A stretch of 64,000 bases of DNA from a virus. A model generated the notes under the pieces. It had not been told where the DNA came from and made no database searches. It saw only the letters and a program-made list of their open reading frames with translations. The stretch covers positions 1-64,000 of IMG/VR virus record IMGVR_UViG_3300047476_000972, one strand, 5' to 3'. This document shows positions 1 to 9,300 of this stretch, piece after piece. Made by a program: the position numbers and the translations under genes. The first letter of the stretch is position 1; the number at the start of each line of letters is the position of its first letter.

Positions 1-2
1 AA

Positions 3-3000
3 AACCCAACCAAGGCTGATATCGCCTCTGCAATTCCACTAGAGGACTTCCTGAAGACTCGCACCGACGCTCCAGAGGGTTGGACCAAGAACGAGGATGG
101 TTCTTTCACTTCTAAGTCTGGTCAGACTGTTAAGGCAGTTGACGCTCAGCCGGAGGGTGACTACATGGTTGAAGGCGCTGGCGAAAGCAATGCGATTGAC
201 CCTGACGTTCCTCTATTCGAAATTCGCGACAAAGACGGCAAGATTCTCGGTGTTGGCCAGAACTGGGCGGGCCTGAACAAGATTGCCATGACCTACGATG
301 CTCTTAATGGAGAGGGCGATGGCACTCCAGAAGAACCAGGCCTAGACCAGACCGCTGGCGAAGGCAGTGACTGGTTTGATAGCGCAGTTGACTTTGACCA
401 CTTATCTGATCCACAGAACTGGAGCCAGTTTAAAGACGGCGAAGCCACCTATACTTCTCCTGACGGCAAGCTAAAACTTACTTGGGAACCAGACGGTGAA
501 GGCGATGTCGGCTTCGGAGCCACCGACCTTTCTGGCATTTCTGTCGAGTACGACGGTCAGCCTGTCGGATCATTCCGAGCAACTCAGCGTGACCTCGAAG
601 AAGGCGACATCGAGGATGGTCTTAAGGATCTCCTAAAGAAGGAAAGCTGGTTCAAGCCAAGTAGCCTAGTCAAGACCGAAAACGACGGCAACTCTTACGG
701 GTTTGACACCGACAAGGGCTACGTAGAAGTAACTCCAGAATTTGACAAGAGTGGCAAGTTCATCGGCTACAAGGTTGAAAAAGAAGCTCGCGATCTAATT
801 GACGAAAACCGTGAAGGCTCTTATTTCAACACCTCTAAGTTCAAGACCAAAGAGGAAGCTCTAGCTGATGCAGAGAAGTTCGCTGAGACTCTTAACGACG
901 AAGACAAACTATCTGATCTTCTAAACGAAAGCTACATGGACGACCCTGGCTTTGACCAAGCTCCGGGTAAGGGAACCGAACTAAGTGAAGCTGGCAAGAA
1001 GATTGCCAAGGACCTAGGTGACCACAAGTTCTTCTATGAAGAAGATGCTGATGGCAATCTAACCGGAGGAGAAGCAACTTACACATCTCCAGATGGCCGC
1101 GTAGAAGCTAAGTACCGCGATGGCTCTTGGTTCGATGACGAGAAGGGCTACATTCCTTGGGACGAGATCGAGGTCTCTGTTGATGGGAAGCTTGTTGACT
1201 CCTTAGTTCGAGACAAACGAGAGTCTTGGCCTGACTTCCTTGACCGCGTTGCCGCTATGTCGGAAAACGGTCTAGAAAATCCTAACTATGCAGAAGAGAA
1301 GAAGGCTAAGCGCGAGGCCGATCGTAAGGCTCGCGAAGACTTCTATAACTCACCAGAGCAGGTAGAAAAGCGCGCACAGGCCAAATGGGAGAAAGAGCAG
1401 GCAGATGCCGCTCAGGAGCAGGCCCGCGAATCTGTTGACAAAGAGGGTCTACTTAAAAAAGTAGATGACCTAGCAAACAAGATCTTTAGTGGAGATAGCG
1501 GAGCCAGCGAAGAGTTCTGGGTGGGCGATGAAGACGAAGACGGCTACCGCAACTGGGGCGTTTACAGTGAAGATGGCGATGAAGTTGCCAGCGGAGTTTT
1601 CGGACCAACTTGGGATGAGACCGATATTGCTTCTGAAATTCGCAACGGAGTCAACGCTCACTTGGACAAGAAGCTTGATGAACTTGAGCCAGCCGCTGGC
1701 CTTGACCAGAATGCAGAGGCACCAACTAAGCCACTATCTGAAAAGCAGATGGAGCCAGCGACTGACAAGCAATATGCTTTCCTAGAAGAGCTACGCTCAG
1801 AACGTGACGGCATCTCGCCCGCAACTGAGAAAGCCATTCAAGATGCACTGGACAACCGCAACCTGACTAAAGCTCAGATGGCATCAATTCTTGGAGAGGT
1901 AACCAAGAAGCCTTTCAAGCCTGGTGTTGACCCAACCAAGCCAACTGAGCGCCAAATCAACTCACTTCAGGGCTACCTGTCTACTAAGGAACTAACTCCT
2001 GACGAGATGAACGACATTCTCGCCGAGCTTGATGCAGGGCTAGATCGTGACTCAATTGAGAAGCTCACCGCTAAGCTACGTCGTCGTCCAGACCGTCAAC
2101 AGACTGAAGGTCTTGATCAGTCAGCGGGTACCCGTTTAACAACTAACCCAGACGGGAGCTCAGAGTACTTCGGCGACGGTGCAGAAGTTGTTGTAGAGAA
2201 AGACGGTGACAAGTTCAAGGTCACGAAGTCTGCGTCTCAGTTCTTGCTAGACGAGAACATCGAACACAGCTACGAAAAAACCGAGACTTACGATTCTGAA
2301 GAAGAAGCACGTAAAGCAGCGGAAGACTTTGCAGCGACCATTGATGATCGCGACAAGCTCTACGACGAGATTTACGAAGACTGGCGCAACTCTGGTGCTG
2401 GCTTTGATCAGGCACCTGGAGAAACCAAGACTCTGTCCCCAAAGATGATGGAACCAGCTACTGATGCTCAGTACAGCTATCTAGAGGGACTCTTCGAAAG
2501 CAAGAACGGCGTTGACGCTGACACGGCTCAGGCAATCACCGAAGCTTTGGAATCTAAGAATCTGACCAAGGCTCAGGCTGGTGCATTTATTGGCAAGCTC
2601 CGCGAGCTAGGTGACAAAGAAAACCTAGGCCAATATGGCAAGCCTTCTCAGAAGATGATTGACTCTGTAAAGCGTGACGTTTACGCTAAGGGTTTGTCTG
2701 ACGCTGACCGTGAGGAAATTCTTAAGGACCTAGAAAACCGCTCAAAGGGCGATGTTTCATCTATCATCAGCATGTTGAAGGACATGGACAATGTTGCTGG
2801 CGGTATGGAGAAGTACATTGACAGCCTAGTTCAGAGTGGCGATGTTAACGCTTTGAAGCGTCTACGTGAAGATGGCCGTTTTGGAGACTACAACGTTGAT
2901 TTAGACAATGCTATTTCTAAGCTAGAGTCTGGTGACAAGGGTTTTGATCAAGCAGCCGGAAAGCAGTACGGAACATCTTGGGAGCAGATGAAGCCAGAGT

Positions 3001-3797
3001 TGGTTTCGTTGGCTGAGGATACCGAGAACAGCGATGAAAAAGGCTACGCGTTCTTAAGTAAAGAATTTGTAGAGGGCCTTGACCCAAACGATATTGATGA
3101 TGCCTACTACCTTTACTCCGAGTTGATGGATGCATACAAAGCGATGCGCCCTGAATCAGAAGAAGGCAAGGCACTAGAGGCTCGCCTGAAAAAGTCAGCT
3201 GACGACTTGCTCGCCAAGATCGAGTCCGACATGGGACCTATCGAAGCAGCTAAGCGTAACCCGGACGACATGGGAAGTACTTTTGAATTTGGTAAGGTTT
3301 TTGATGAAATTGAAGATCTAATTTCTTACTACTACCCTTCAAATGCAGACGAAATTGCCGACCAGCTAACCGACGATGATGGCGGTATTGTTGGCGATGT
3401 TCGCGGAGGCGGCTGGGAAGGTTCAGTACGTTTCAACGAAGAGACTGACAAGTGGGAAGCCCGCATGACTTCTCCTGGCCAAGACTCGGAGAACTACGGC
3501 GAAGACTTCGACTCCCTGTCTGACGCTGCCAACTGGGTTGGCGCGAGCATGGCAGACGAGAACAAGTATCTTCCTCCTCTAGAGGCTCGCCTGCTCAATG
3601 ATGGTTCGCAGGAGTCTCTAGAAGATTTGATTAAAGAGTACGGTGACGATCCAGCTGTTCTAGTTGAAAAGATTCGTTCAGCTGCAGCGTGGTTCCGTAC
3701 TACTCGTCGAAACCAAGGAGACCAGATCGCTAATAAGCTGGAAGACTACGCCGACAGGGTAGAACAGCTTAATGGCGGCACCTCCCCAAAAGCCTAG
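3..3797 (+). CDS. Giant acidic multi-module head-region protein (5'-truncated by window edge); candidate virion-packaged polyprotein
   Basis: The frame is open from nt 3 (NPTKADIASAIPLEDFLKT...) through the ORF-track ATG at 165 to TAG at 3795-3797. Very D/E-rich, with internal duplicated modules and six G[LF]DQ motifs. Lies just upstream of the protease and capsid genes. Confidence 0.75.
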   Translation, partial: NPTKADIASAIPLEDFLKTRTDAPEGWTKNEDGSFTSKSGQTVKAVDAQPEGDYMVEGAGESNAIDPDVPLFEIRDKDGKILGVGQNWAGLNKIAMTYDALNGEGDGTPEEPGLDQTAGEGSDWFDSAVDFDHLSDPQNWSQFKDGEATYTSPDGKLKLTWEPDGEGDVGFGATDLSGISVEYDGQPVGSFRATQRDLEEGDIEDGLKDLLKKESWFKPSSLVKTENDGNSYGFDTDKGYVEVTPEFDKSGKFIGYKVEKEARDLIDENREGSYFNTSKFKTKEEALADAEKFAETLNDEDKLSDLLNESYMDDPGFDQAPGKGTELSEAGKKIAKDLGDHKFFYEEDADGNLTGGEATYTSPDGRVEAKYRDGSWFDDEKGYIPWDEIEVSVDGKLVDSLVRDKRESWPDFLDRVAAMSENGLENPNYAEEKKAKREADRKAREDFYNSPEQVEKRAQAKWEKEQADAAQEQARESVDKEGLLKKVDDLANKIFSGDSGASEEFWVGDEDEDGYRNWGVYSEDGDEVASGVFGPTWDETDIASEIRNGVNAHLDKKLDELEPAAGLDQNAEAPTKPLSEKQMEPATDKQYAFLEELRSERDGISPATEKAIQDALDNRNLTKAQMASILGEVTKKPFKPGVDPTKPTERQINSLQGYLSTKELTPDEMNDILAELDAGLDRDSIEKLTAKLRRRPDRQQTEGLDQSAGTRLTTNPDGSSEYFGDGAEVVVEKDGDKFKVTKSASQFLLDENIEHSYEKTETYDSEEEARKAAEDFAATIDDRDKLYDEIYEDWRNSGAGFDQAPGETKTLSPKMMEPATDAQYSYLEGLFESKNGVDADTAQAITEALESKNLTKAQAGAFIGKLRELGDKENLGQYGKPSQKMIDSVKRDVYAKGLSDADREEILKDLENRSKGDVSSIISMLKDMDNVAGGMEKYIDSLVQSGDVNALKRLREDGRFGDYNVDLDNAISKLESGDKGFDQAAGKQYGTSWEQMKPELVSLAEDTENSDEKGYAFLSKEFVEGLDPNDIDDAYYLYSELMDAYKAMRPESEEGKALEARLKKSADDLLAKIESDMGPIEAAKRNPDDMGSTFEFGKVFDEIEDLISYYYPSNADEIADQLTDDDGGIVGDVRGGGWEGSVRFNEETDKWEARMTSPGQDSENYGEDFDSLSDAANWVGASMADENKYLPPLEARLLNDGSQESLEDLIKEYGDDPAVLVEKIRSAAAWFRTTRRNQGDQIANKLEDYADRVEQLNGGTSPKA

Positions 3798-3814
3798 CCC
3801 CCGAAGAGGGGGCT
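3785..3814 (+). other. Candidate programmed -1 ribosomal frameshift signal (C_CCA_AAA + hairpin AGCCCCC-GAAGA-GGGGGCT)
   Basis: X_XXY_YYZ heptamer at 3785-3791 in the ORF1 frame, 4-nt spacer, 7-bp stem at 3796-3814. The -1 frame is open from 3773 to 6097 with no ATG/GTG/TTG before 3917. Confidence 0.75.
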
Positions 3815-6097
3815 GAGCCTGGATTAGATCAGGACGCTCCAGATTTAGCAAGAATCTCTAGCATCCTTGATAAGTACCGCACTAAACCTGCGACTACTAA
3901 TTCTGTTCGCCCTGCAATGCCTGAAGGTGAACCAGGATCCAAAACTAATCCGCTCGAGCTTACCTCGGAGCAGTTTGACGAGAAGCTTGCTTCTGTAACC
4001 GAGACCAACAAGTCCGCGGCATCTAGCGTTCTTGCTGATGTATTAGAGAAGCTACGCACCCCTAAGAATATTCAAGCTTGGGCGCGCAAATGGGATAGGG
4101 ACGCTAATCGACCTCTCCCGGTTAACCCTGCAAGTGAGACCCACTACACAGGGCCTAACTTGCTTGCGCTAGAAAACGCAGCTTCGGAAAACGGATTCAG
4201 CGACCCTCGTTGGATGAGCGCCTCTCAGGTTGCTCAGGCTGGTGGCTCGATTCCAGCCGGAACCAAGGGTACTCAGATTCTCGTACCTAGCTTCTATGTT
4301 GCCAACCGTGATGGCAAGGTCGTTGAGTACTTTGAGTTCAGAAAAGTTACTGTTTTTAACGGTGACCAGATTCAAGGAATAAATCCATACAACGCCGACG
4401 ACAACAAGTCATATACTGCAAAGGAAGCTGTAGATATTGTTCTCGACAGGATGCGCGAAGCCGCAACTCTCCGAGATGTAGAAACTCCAGAGATCTTCGG
4501 TATTCAGCTAGATAAAGATCAAAATCCTCGCTGGTCACCAAACTACGGTAGAGATGTTGATAGCGTACGACTACCACTCCGCGCAAACTTTGATAGCGAT
4601 GAGTCTTGGTTCAATGCATTTGCTCACGAGCTTATTCACAGCACTGGTAGAACTAACCGACTTAACCGAGAAGAAGTTAAGAAGGCACTGGATGGGAACA
4701 GTAATTCCTACGCAGAAGAAGAGCTAACCGCTGAGCTAGGCTCTATGCTTCTAGCAAAGATGTTCGGGATAAATTCTGACCCAAGCAACTCGATTAGCTA
4801 TCTACTCACCCACATCAAGAACCTAGACGGCGTGAATGCCGATAAGGCCGTGACTGACGCCATGACTAGGGCTCAGCTGGCGGCGGACTACCTGCTGGGT
4901 AACGACGTTCTTCCTCAGTGGAACCCGCTCAAGACTAAGGTTGCTCCAACTCTACAGTCAGCAAGAATGGCGTCTACTACTCCAGAAGACTCTAGCTTGA
5001 ACCCAAACACTAACCCTGATTCAGTTGATGCTCCTCTAGTAGGCCTTGACCAAGCCCCGGGTAAGAAGCCTTTCAACCGTGCCAATTCAGTGTCAGATAG
5101 CAAGGACGCCAAAGAGCGAGTTCTATCTGGCCTACTGGAAAAGATTAAAGAAGGTAAGGCTCCTTGGCGTAAGCCATTCAAGGACGACGCTAACTATGCT
5201 GGTGCATTCGTTCCGCGTAACCCAGCGTCAAAGCACATCTACAGCGGTATTAACTCGATTGTTCTTCGACTACACCAAGAGCTTGCTGGGTACTCAGATC
5301 CTCGCTGGATGACATACAACCAAGCCACTGATCTAGGTGGTCAGGTTCGTAAAGGATCTAAGGGTGTTCAAATTCTTGTTCCTTACAAAAGGGTCAAGAA
5401 AGAGAAGGACTCTTCAACCGGAGAAGAGAAGGTAACTGGTAGCTATGTCACCTTCGGCGTAAAGACCGTATTCAATGTTGAACAAATTGATGGCCTAAAC
5501 CTGCCAACTGTTAAGGCTGAAGCAGGCGAACCAAAAACTCCTCTAGAGTCTCAGGATTTTATTCTGGAACGCTATCAGAAGTCAATGGAAGCCAAGGGTC
5601 TGAAGGCTCCTCAGGTTTCATACACCTATGTTGGTGCGTACGGAAGCCACTCGTCTTCTCCAAACTGGAACCCAGCTTCTGACGTCATTACTCTTCCAAC
5701 CAAGGAGCAGTTCAACAGCCCAGAGGATATGTTCGACACCATTGCTCATGAGTTAGCCCACTCGACCGGACACAAGGACCGCCTTGACCGCACCGAGCTA
5801 ACTAAGAACTACGGGACAAGCAATGCAGCTCGAGGCGAAGAAGAGCTTATCGCGGAAATTTCTTCAGCGATCCTAGCTAGCATGTTCGGCGTAAACAGCG
5901 ACTTTGACAACACTGCGGCTTATGTAAAGAGCTGGCTACAGGCACTACAGGATAACCCTGATATGGTTATGAAGGCCTCTTCTGAAGCTCAGAAGGTAGT
6001 AGACTATTTGCTAGGTATGGATCTGGGAGACTGGAGCCCTATCGAGGGTTACCGATCATCAAACAAATCTAAATCAGATGGAGACTCAGATGAGTAA
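3788..6097 (+). CDS. Tandem ArdC-like protein: 2 x (ArdC-N/DUF1738 ssDNA-binding + zincin MPTase); probably translated as a -1 frameshift extension of ORF1 (ORF-track start 3917)
   Basis: Two copies of NP(A)S..Y.G.N...L....(F/Y)SDPRWM...Q....GG....G.KG..I, each followed by HExxH (HELIHSTG, HELAHSTG) and EEL.AE..S. No SD precedes ATG 3917. Confidence 0.85.
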   Translation, partial: KSLAPEEGAEPGLDQDAPDLARISSILDKYRTKPATTNSVRPAMPEGEPGSKTNPLELTSEQFDEKLASVTETNKSAASSVLADVLEKLRTPKNIQAWARKWDRDANRPLPVNPASETHYTGPNLLALENAASENGFSDPRWMSASQVAQAGGSIPAGTKGTQILVPSFYVANRDGKVVEYFEFRKVTVFNGDQIQGINPYNADDNKSYTAKEAVDIVLDRMREAATLRDVETPEIFGIQLDKDQNPRWSPNYGRDVDSVRLPLRANFDSDESWFNAFAHELIHSTGRTNRLNREEVKKALDGNSNSYAEEELTAELGSMLLAKMFGINSDPSNSISYLLTHIKNLDGVNADKAVTDAMTRAQLAADYLLGNDVLPQWNPLKTKVAPTLQSARMASTTPEDSSLNPNTNPDSVDAPLVGLDQAPGKKPFNRANSVSDSKDAKERVLSGLLEKIKEGKAPWRKPFKDDANYAGAFVPRNPASKHIYSGINSIVLRLHQELAGYSDPRWMTYNQATDLGGQVRKGSKGVQILVPYKRVKKEKDSSTGEEKVTGSYVTFGVKTVFNVEQIDGLNLPTVKAEAGEPKTPLESQDFILERYQKSMEAKGLKAPQVSYTYVGAYGSHSSSPNWNPASDVITLPTKEQFNSPEDMFDTIAHELAHSTGHKDRLDRTELTKNYGTSNAARGEEELIAEISSAILASMFGVNSDFDNTAAYVKSWLQALQDNPDMVMKASSEAQKVVDYLLGMDLGDWSPIEGYRSSNKSKSDGDSDE

Positions 6098-6257
6098 AGA
6101 AAAGCCTGACATGCTAGGCGGATATACTGAGAATGATCCTGAGTACTGGACTCTTCTAGCCAAGATAATTGGCAATCCAGTCCCAGATTATGAAGATGAC
6201 AGCGAATTCGTTGATGAAGACGGTGTTGTCATCAAGGATATCACACCTGACAAATAA
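6090..6257 (+). CDS. Small acidic hypothetical protein (55 aa, MSKEKPDMLGGYTENDPEYW...ITPDK), below ORF-track cutoff
   Basis: ATG at 6090 overlaps the end of the previous ORF; GGAG 6 nt upstream; TAA at 6255-6257. Confidence 0.6.
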   Translation: MSKEKPDMLGGYTENDPEYWTLLAKIIGNPVPDYEDDSEFVDEDGVVIKDITPDK

Positions 6258-6276
6258 ATCACTTTAATAAATAACG

Positions 6277-6284
6277 GGTAAAAT
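6277..6284 (+). promoter_or_regulatory. Recurring GGTAAAAT -10-like promoter motif upstream of the protease gene
   Basis: The same or a near-identical octamer occurs upstream of genes at 10832, 17521, 41558(-) and 51092(-). Confidence 0.55.
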
Positions 6285-6318
6285 TAGTCTAGGGTTTCTG
6301 ACTTTATAGGATTGATGG

Positions 6319-9300
6319 ATGAACCACCTAATCGGCCGCTCTGGCGAACTAGCATTCTATGCTAACAACACTCACGGTGTAGTTATTGATACTGCCGTAG
6401 GAGCCGTTGTCGCCAGCGGTGCAGCGCTAGACCTATTTGCAGAAAACAAGTGGGAGCTTTCATCGACTCCTCTCACTCAATCAGAACAACTTCTTGCTGA
6501 CAAGGTCATAGCCACTCTAGAAGAAGACGCTATTGTTGCATCTGCTGACAGGATGTACACCATCCCTAAGTCAGCTCAGGCAGAGGCGGAAAAAGCCTTG
6601 GCTTGGCGGAAAGAAGAAGGCAGAGGCGGAACCCCTGTCGGCCTTAACACTGCCCGCACCCTCGCTAAGGGCGGTCAGATTGGCATCCGCAAGATCCGCC
6701 ACATTGCTAAATACTTCCCTCGTCACGAAGTTGACAAGAAGGGTAAGGGCTGGAAGCCAGGCGAAGACAACTTCCCGTCTAACGGACGTATCGCATGGGC
6801 ACTCTGGGGTGGAGACGCCGCTTGGCGTTGGGCACGTGCCATCGTTGAGCGCGAAGACAAAAAGGAAAACTCTGTCACTGCGGGTGGATACACTATTTCT
6901 AACTACGTTGATCAGATCAACTACCCTAAGCAGAATGAAGAGCTAAATCCTTTTAAGTACGCTCACGAGCTTGACGCAAACTACGGCCCAGAGTTCTTGG
7001 CTCGAGTCTGCCTAGATGGTTCTGGCATTGACCGACTCTACATGATCGATATTGATGGTTCTGTACACGTCTGGGATGACGGGTGTTGGGACAACCTAGG
7101 TCATGTTGATGGCGACATCTGGACATATGACCGAATGCTAGATGACGTCTATGATCTTGAGGAAAAATCTCACGTAATTATTGACCCTCAGTCTGCACTT
7201 ATGATTGCAGCGCGTATGGCTGTAGACCCATATTGCAAGACTTCTGTTTTTGACCTAGACTCTGACGAAGCGGCTCTAATGGAAGCTGGCATCGGCGGAG
7301 AAGACTGGGAATTCATTGACCAAGTCATTACTGCTGCAGCTTCTGATCAGGATGGTAACTACACTCCAGAAGAGCGTTCAGCAAATGCTGGAAACCAGCC
7401 TCGCAATGCTACCGGTCAGTTTGCCAAGGTAGGCCAGAAGGTAGCTATTGGTGGAGACGCTGCTAGAGGTTCTGGCACAATCCGAGACATTGACGGTGCG
7501 ACAGGCATTGTCACCGTCGACCTTGAAGACGGTAGATCCGTCAAAGTTGGCTCTAAGTACTTAGTACCAGCAGAAAAGGCAAACAGCCGACCAAACTCAC
7601 TTCGTGTTGATGACGCTAGCAAAGCTCCTATGGACTTTTCTGGAATCATCGGGGAGCCTCGTACTCCTCAGAACAGCAAGAAGGCTCACCTTCCGGGAAC
7701 CCTACCGAAGCTAGATGTTGATGCATTTATCAACAACTACGCGTCTTGGGTAGAGAAGGAACGCTACAAGCCAAAGAACGCGGCTGACAAAGCTGCTGTT
7801 AAAAAGCGTTGGCCAAATGCCAAGTTCACTGAGACTTCTATCATTGCAGCGGCAGAAGAAAAAGAAGAGATTCTTACTCCTTCTACTTCTGACGTAAGAC
7901 CTAGATACCTTGCCATCGTTGATCAGCAAGACCCAGAGGCAATGGTTGATCTCGTTGCTGTTATCCCTAAGACCGCTACTTCCACTACTCCTCTTGTCTA
8001 TAAGCGTGAGGGAGATAAGTGGGTTCAGGATGACCAAACTCTAGCTGACCTACGCTCGGCTACCAAACCTCCAGTAATTGAACTAGATAAAGAATCCCTA
8101 AAGGATGTCTTGTCTCAGATGGCAGAGGGAAAGCCTACAGAAGAATCTGCCCCGGAGGCTGTTGCAGCTAGCTTGCTAACTGTCTTTGATGCATTTGTTG
8201 CTGCTGGCGGCCTAGACCGCAACCGTGGCAATGCGGAAGAGCTTCGCCAATACTGGACTCGTGGTAAGGGCGCTGCCAAGATTCGTTGGGGCACTCCAGG
8301 CGACTGGACTCGTTGCGTCCGTCAACTTTCAAAGTACATGGGCCCACGTGCCAAGGGCTATTGTCAGCTTCGTCACAAGGATGCCACTGGCGTATACACT
8401 GGTAGCCGTCTAAACCCGGGCCGTCGTAACGAAACTTCTAGCCTATTTGCCAGCGAGATGGACTTAGTCCAGTCAGTAGTTGCTCAGTCCGAACTAACTG
8501 CGAGAGCAAACGACGCGAGAGAGCGTCTAGGGCTGGTCGCTGGTGCAAAAATGGAGCACGGTGCCAAGTTCAACATCCCTCTACTGATCCCAGAAGACTT
8601 GGAATCAGGAGATGGTCGTAAGTTTGTAAAGGACTCTCTGTCAGTTCGAGAGCTTCCACTTCCACTCCTATGGCAGATCAAGACTGGCGACGGTCACATG
8701 GGGTCTGTAGTAGTTGGACGTATTGATTACGTAGAAAGAACCGAAAACGGTATCGGAAATGCCTATGGCGTTTTTGATACAGGAGCATATGGTCAAGAGG
8801 CAGAGCGTCTAGTACGTAACGGATTCATCCGTGGTGTTTCTGCAGATCTAGACCAGTTCGAGGCAGAAGAAGAGAAGACTGAAAATGCCGAGGACACCGA
8901 AGACGTAGGCAAGAAAAAGCTAACTATAAATCACGCCCGTGTAATGGCTGCTACAATTGTAGCTAAGCCTGCATTCCAAGAATGCACTATCTCTATTGAA
9001 GAACAACCAGCGGGAGACCAGGAGGATGAAGTGATTCCAGTTGACGGAATATACGAAGAATCCGTCGAACAAGAATTCTCTGGCGCACCGCTAGTTGCTT
9101 CAGGATTCATTGACGGCGAGATTCCTATGACACCACCAGCAGAGTGGTTCAAGGACCCTAAGCTGACTAAGGCTACCCCGATTACTGTTGACCCTTCTGG
9201 TCGCATTTACGGACACATTGCAGCTTGGCACGTAAACCACATCGGTATGCCTCGCTCTACCCGCCCACCTCGCTCAAAGAGCAAGTATGCTTACTTCCAC

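Noticed and set aside
3796-3814. Hairpin as an intrinsic terminator
   Set aside because: No U-tract follows, it overlaps the stop codon, and it lies at frameshift-stimulator distance from a slippery heptamer inside an open frame. Not fully excluded.
3795-3827. Stop-codon readthrough or TAG recoding at the end of ORF1
   Set aside because: In-frame continuation hits another TAG at 3825 after nine codons. TAG ends many genes normally here, and the coding signal continues in the -1 frame.
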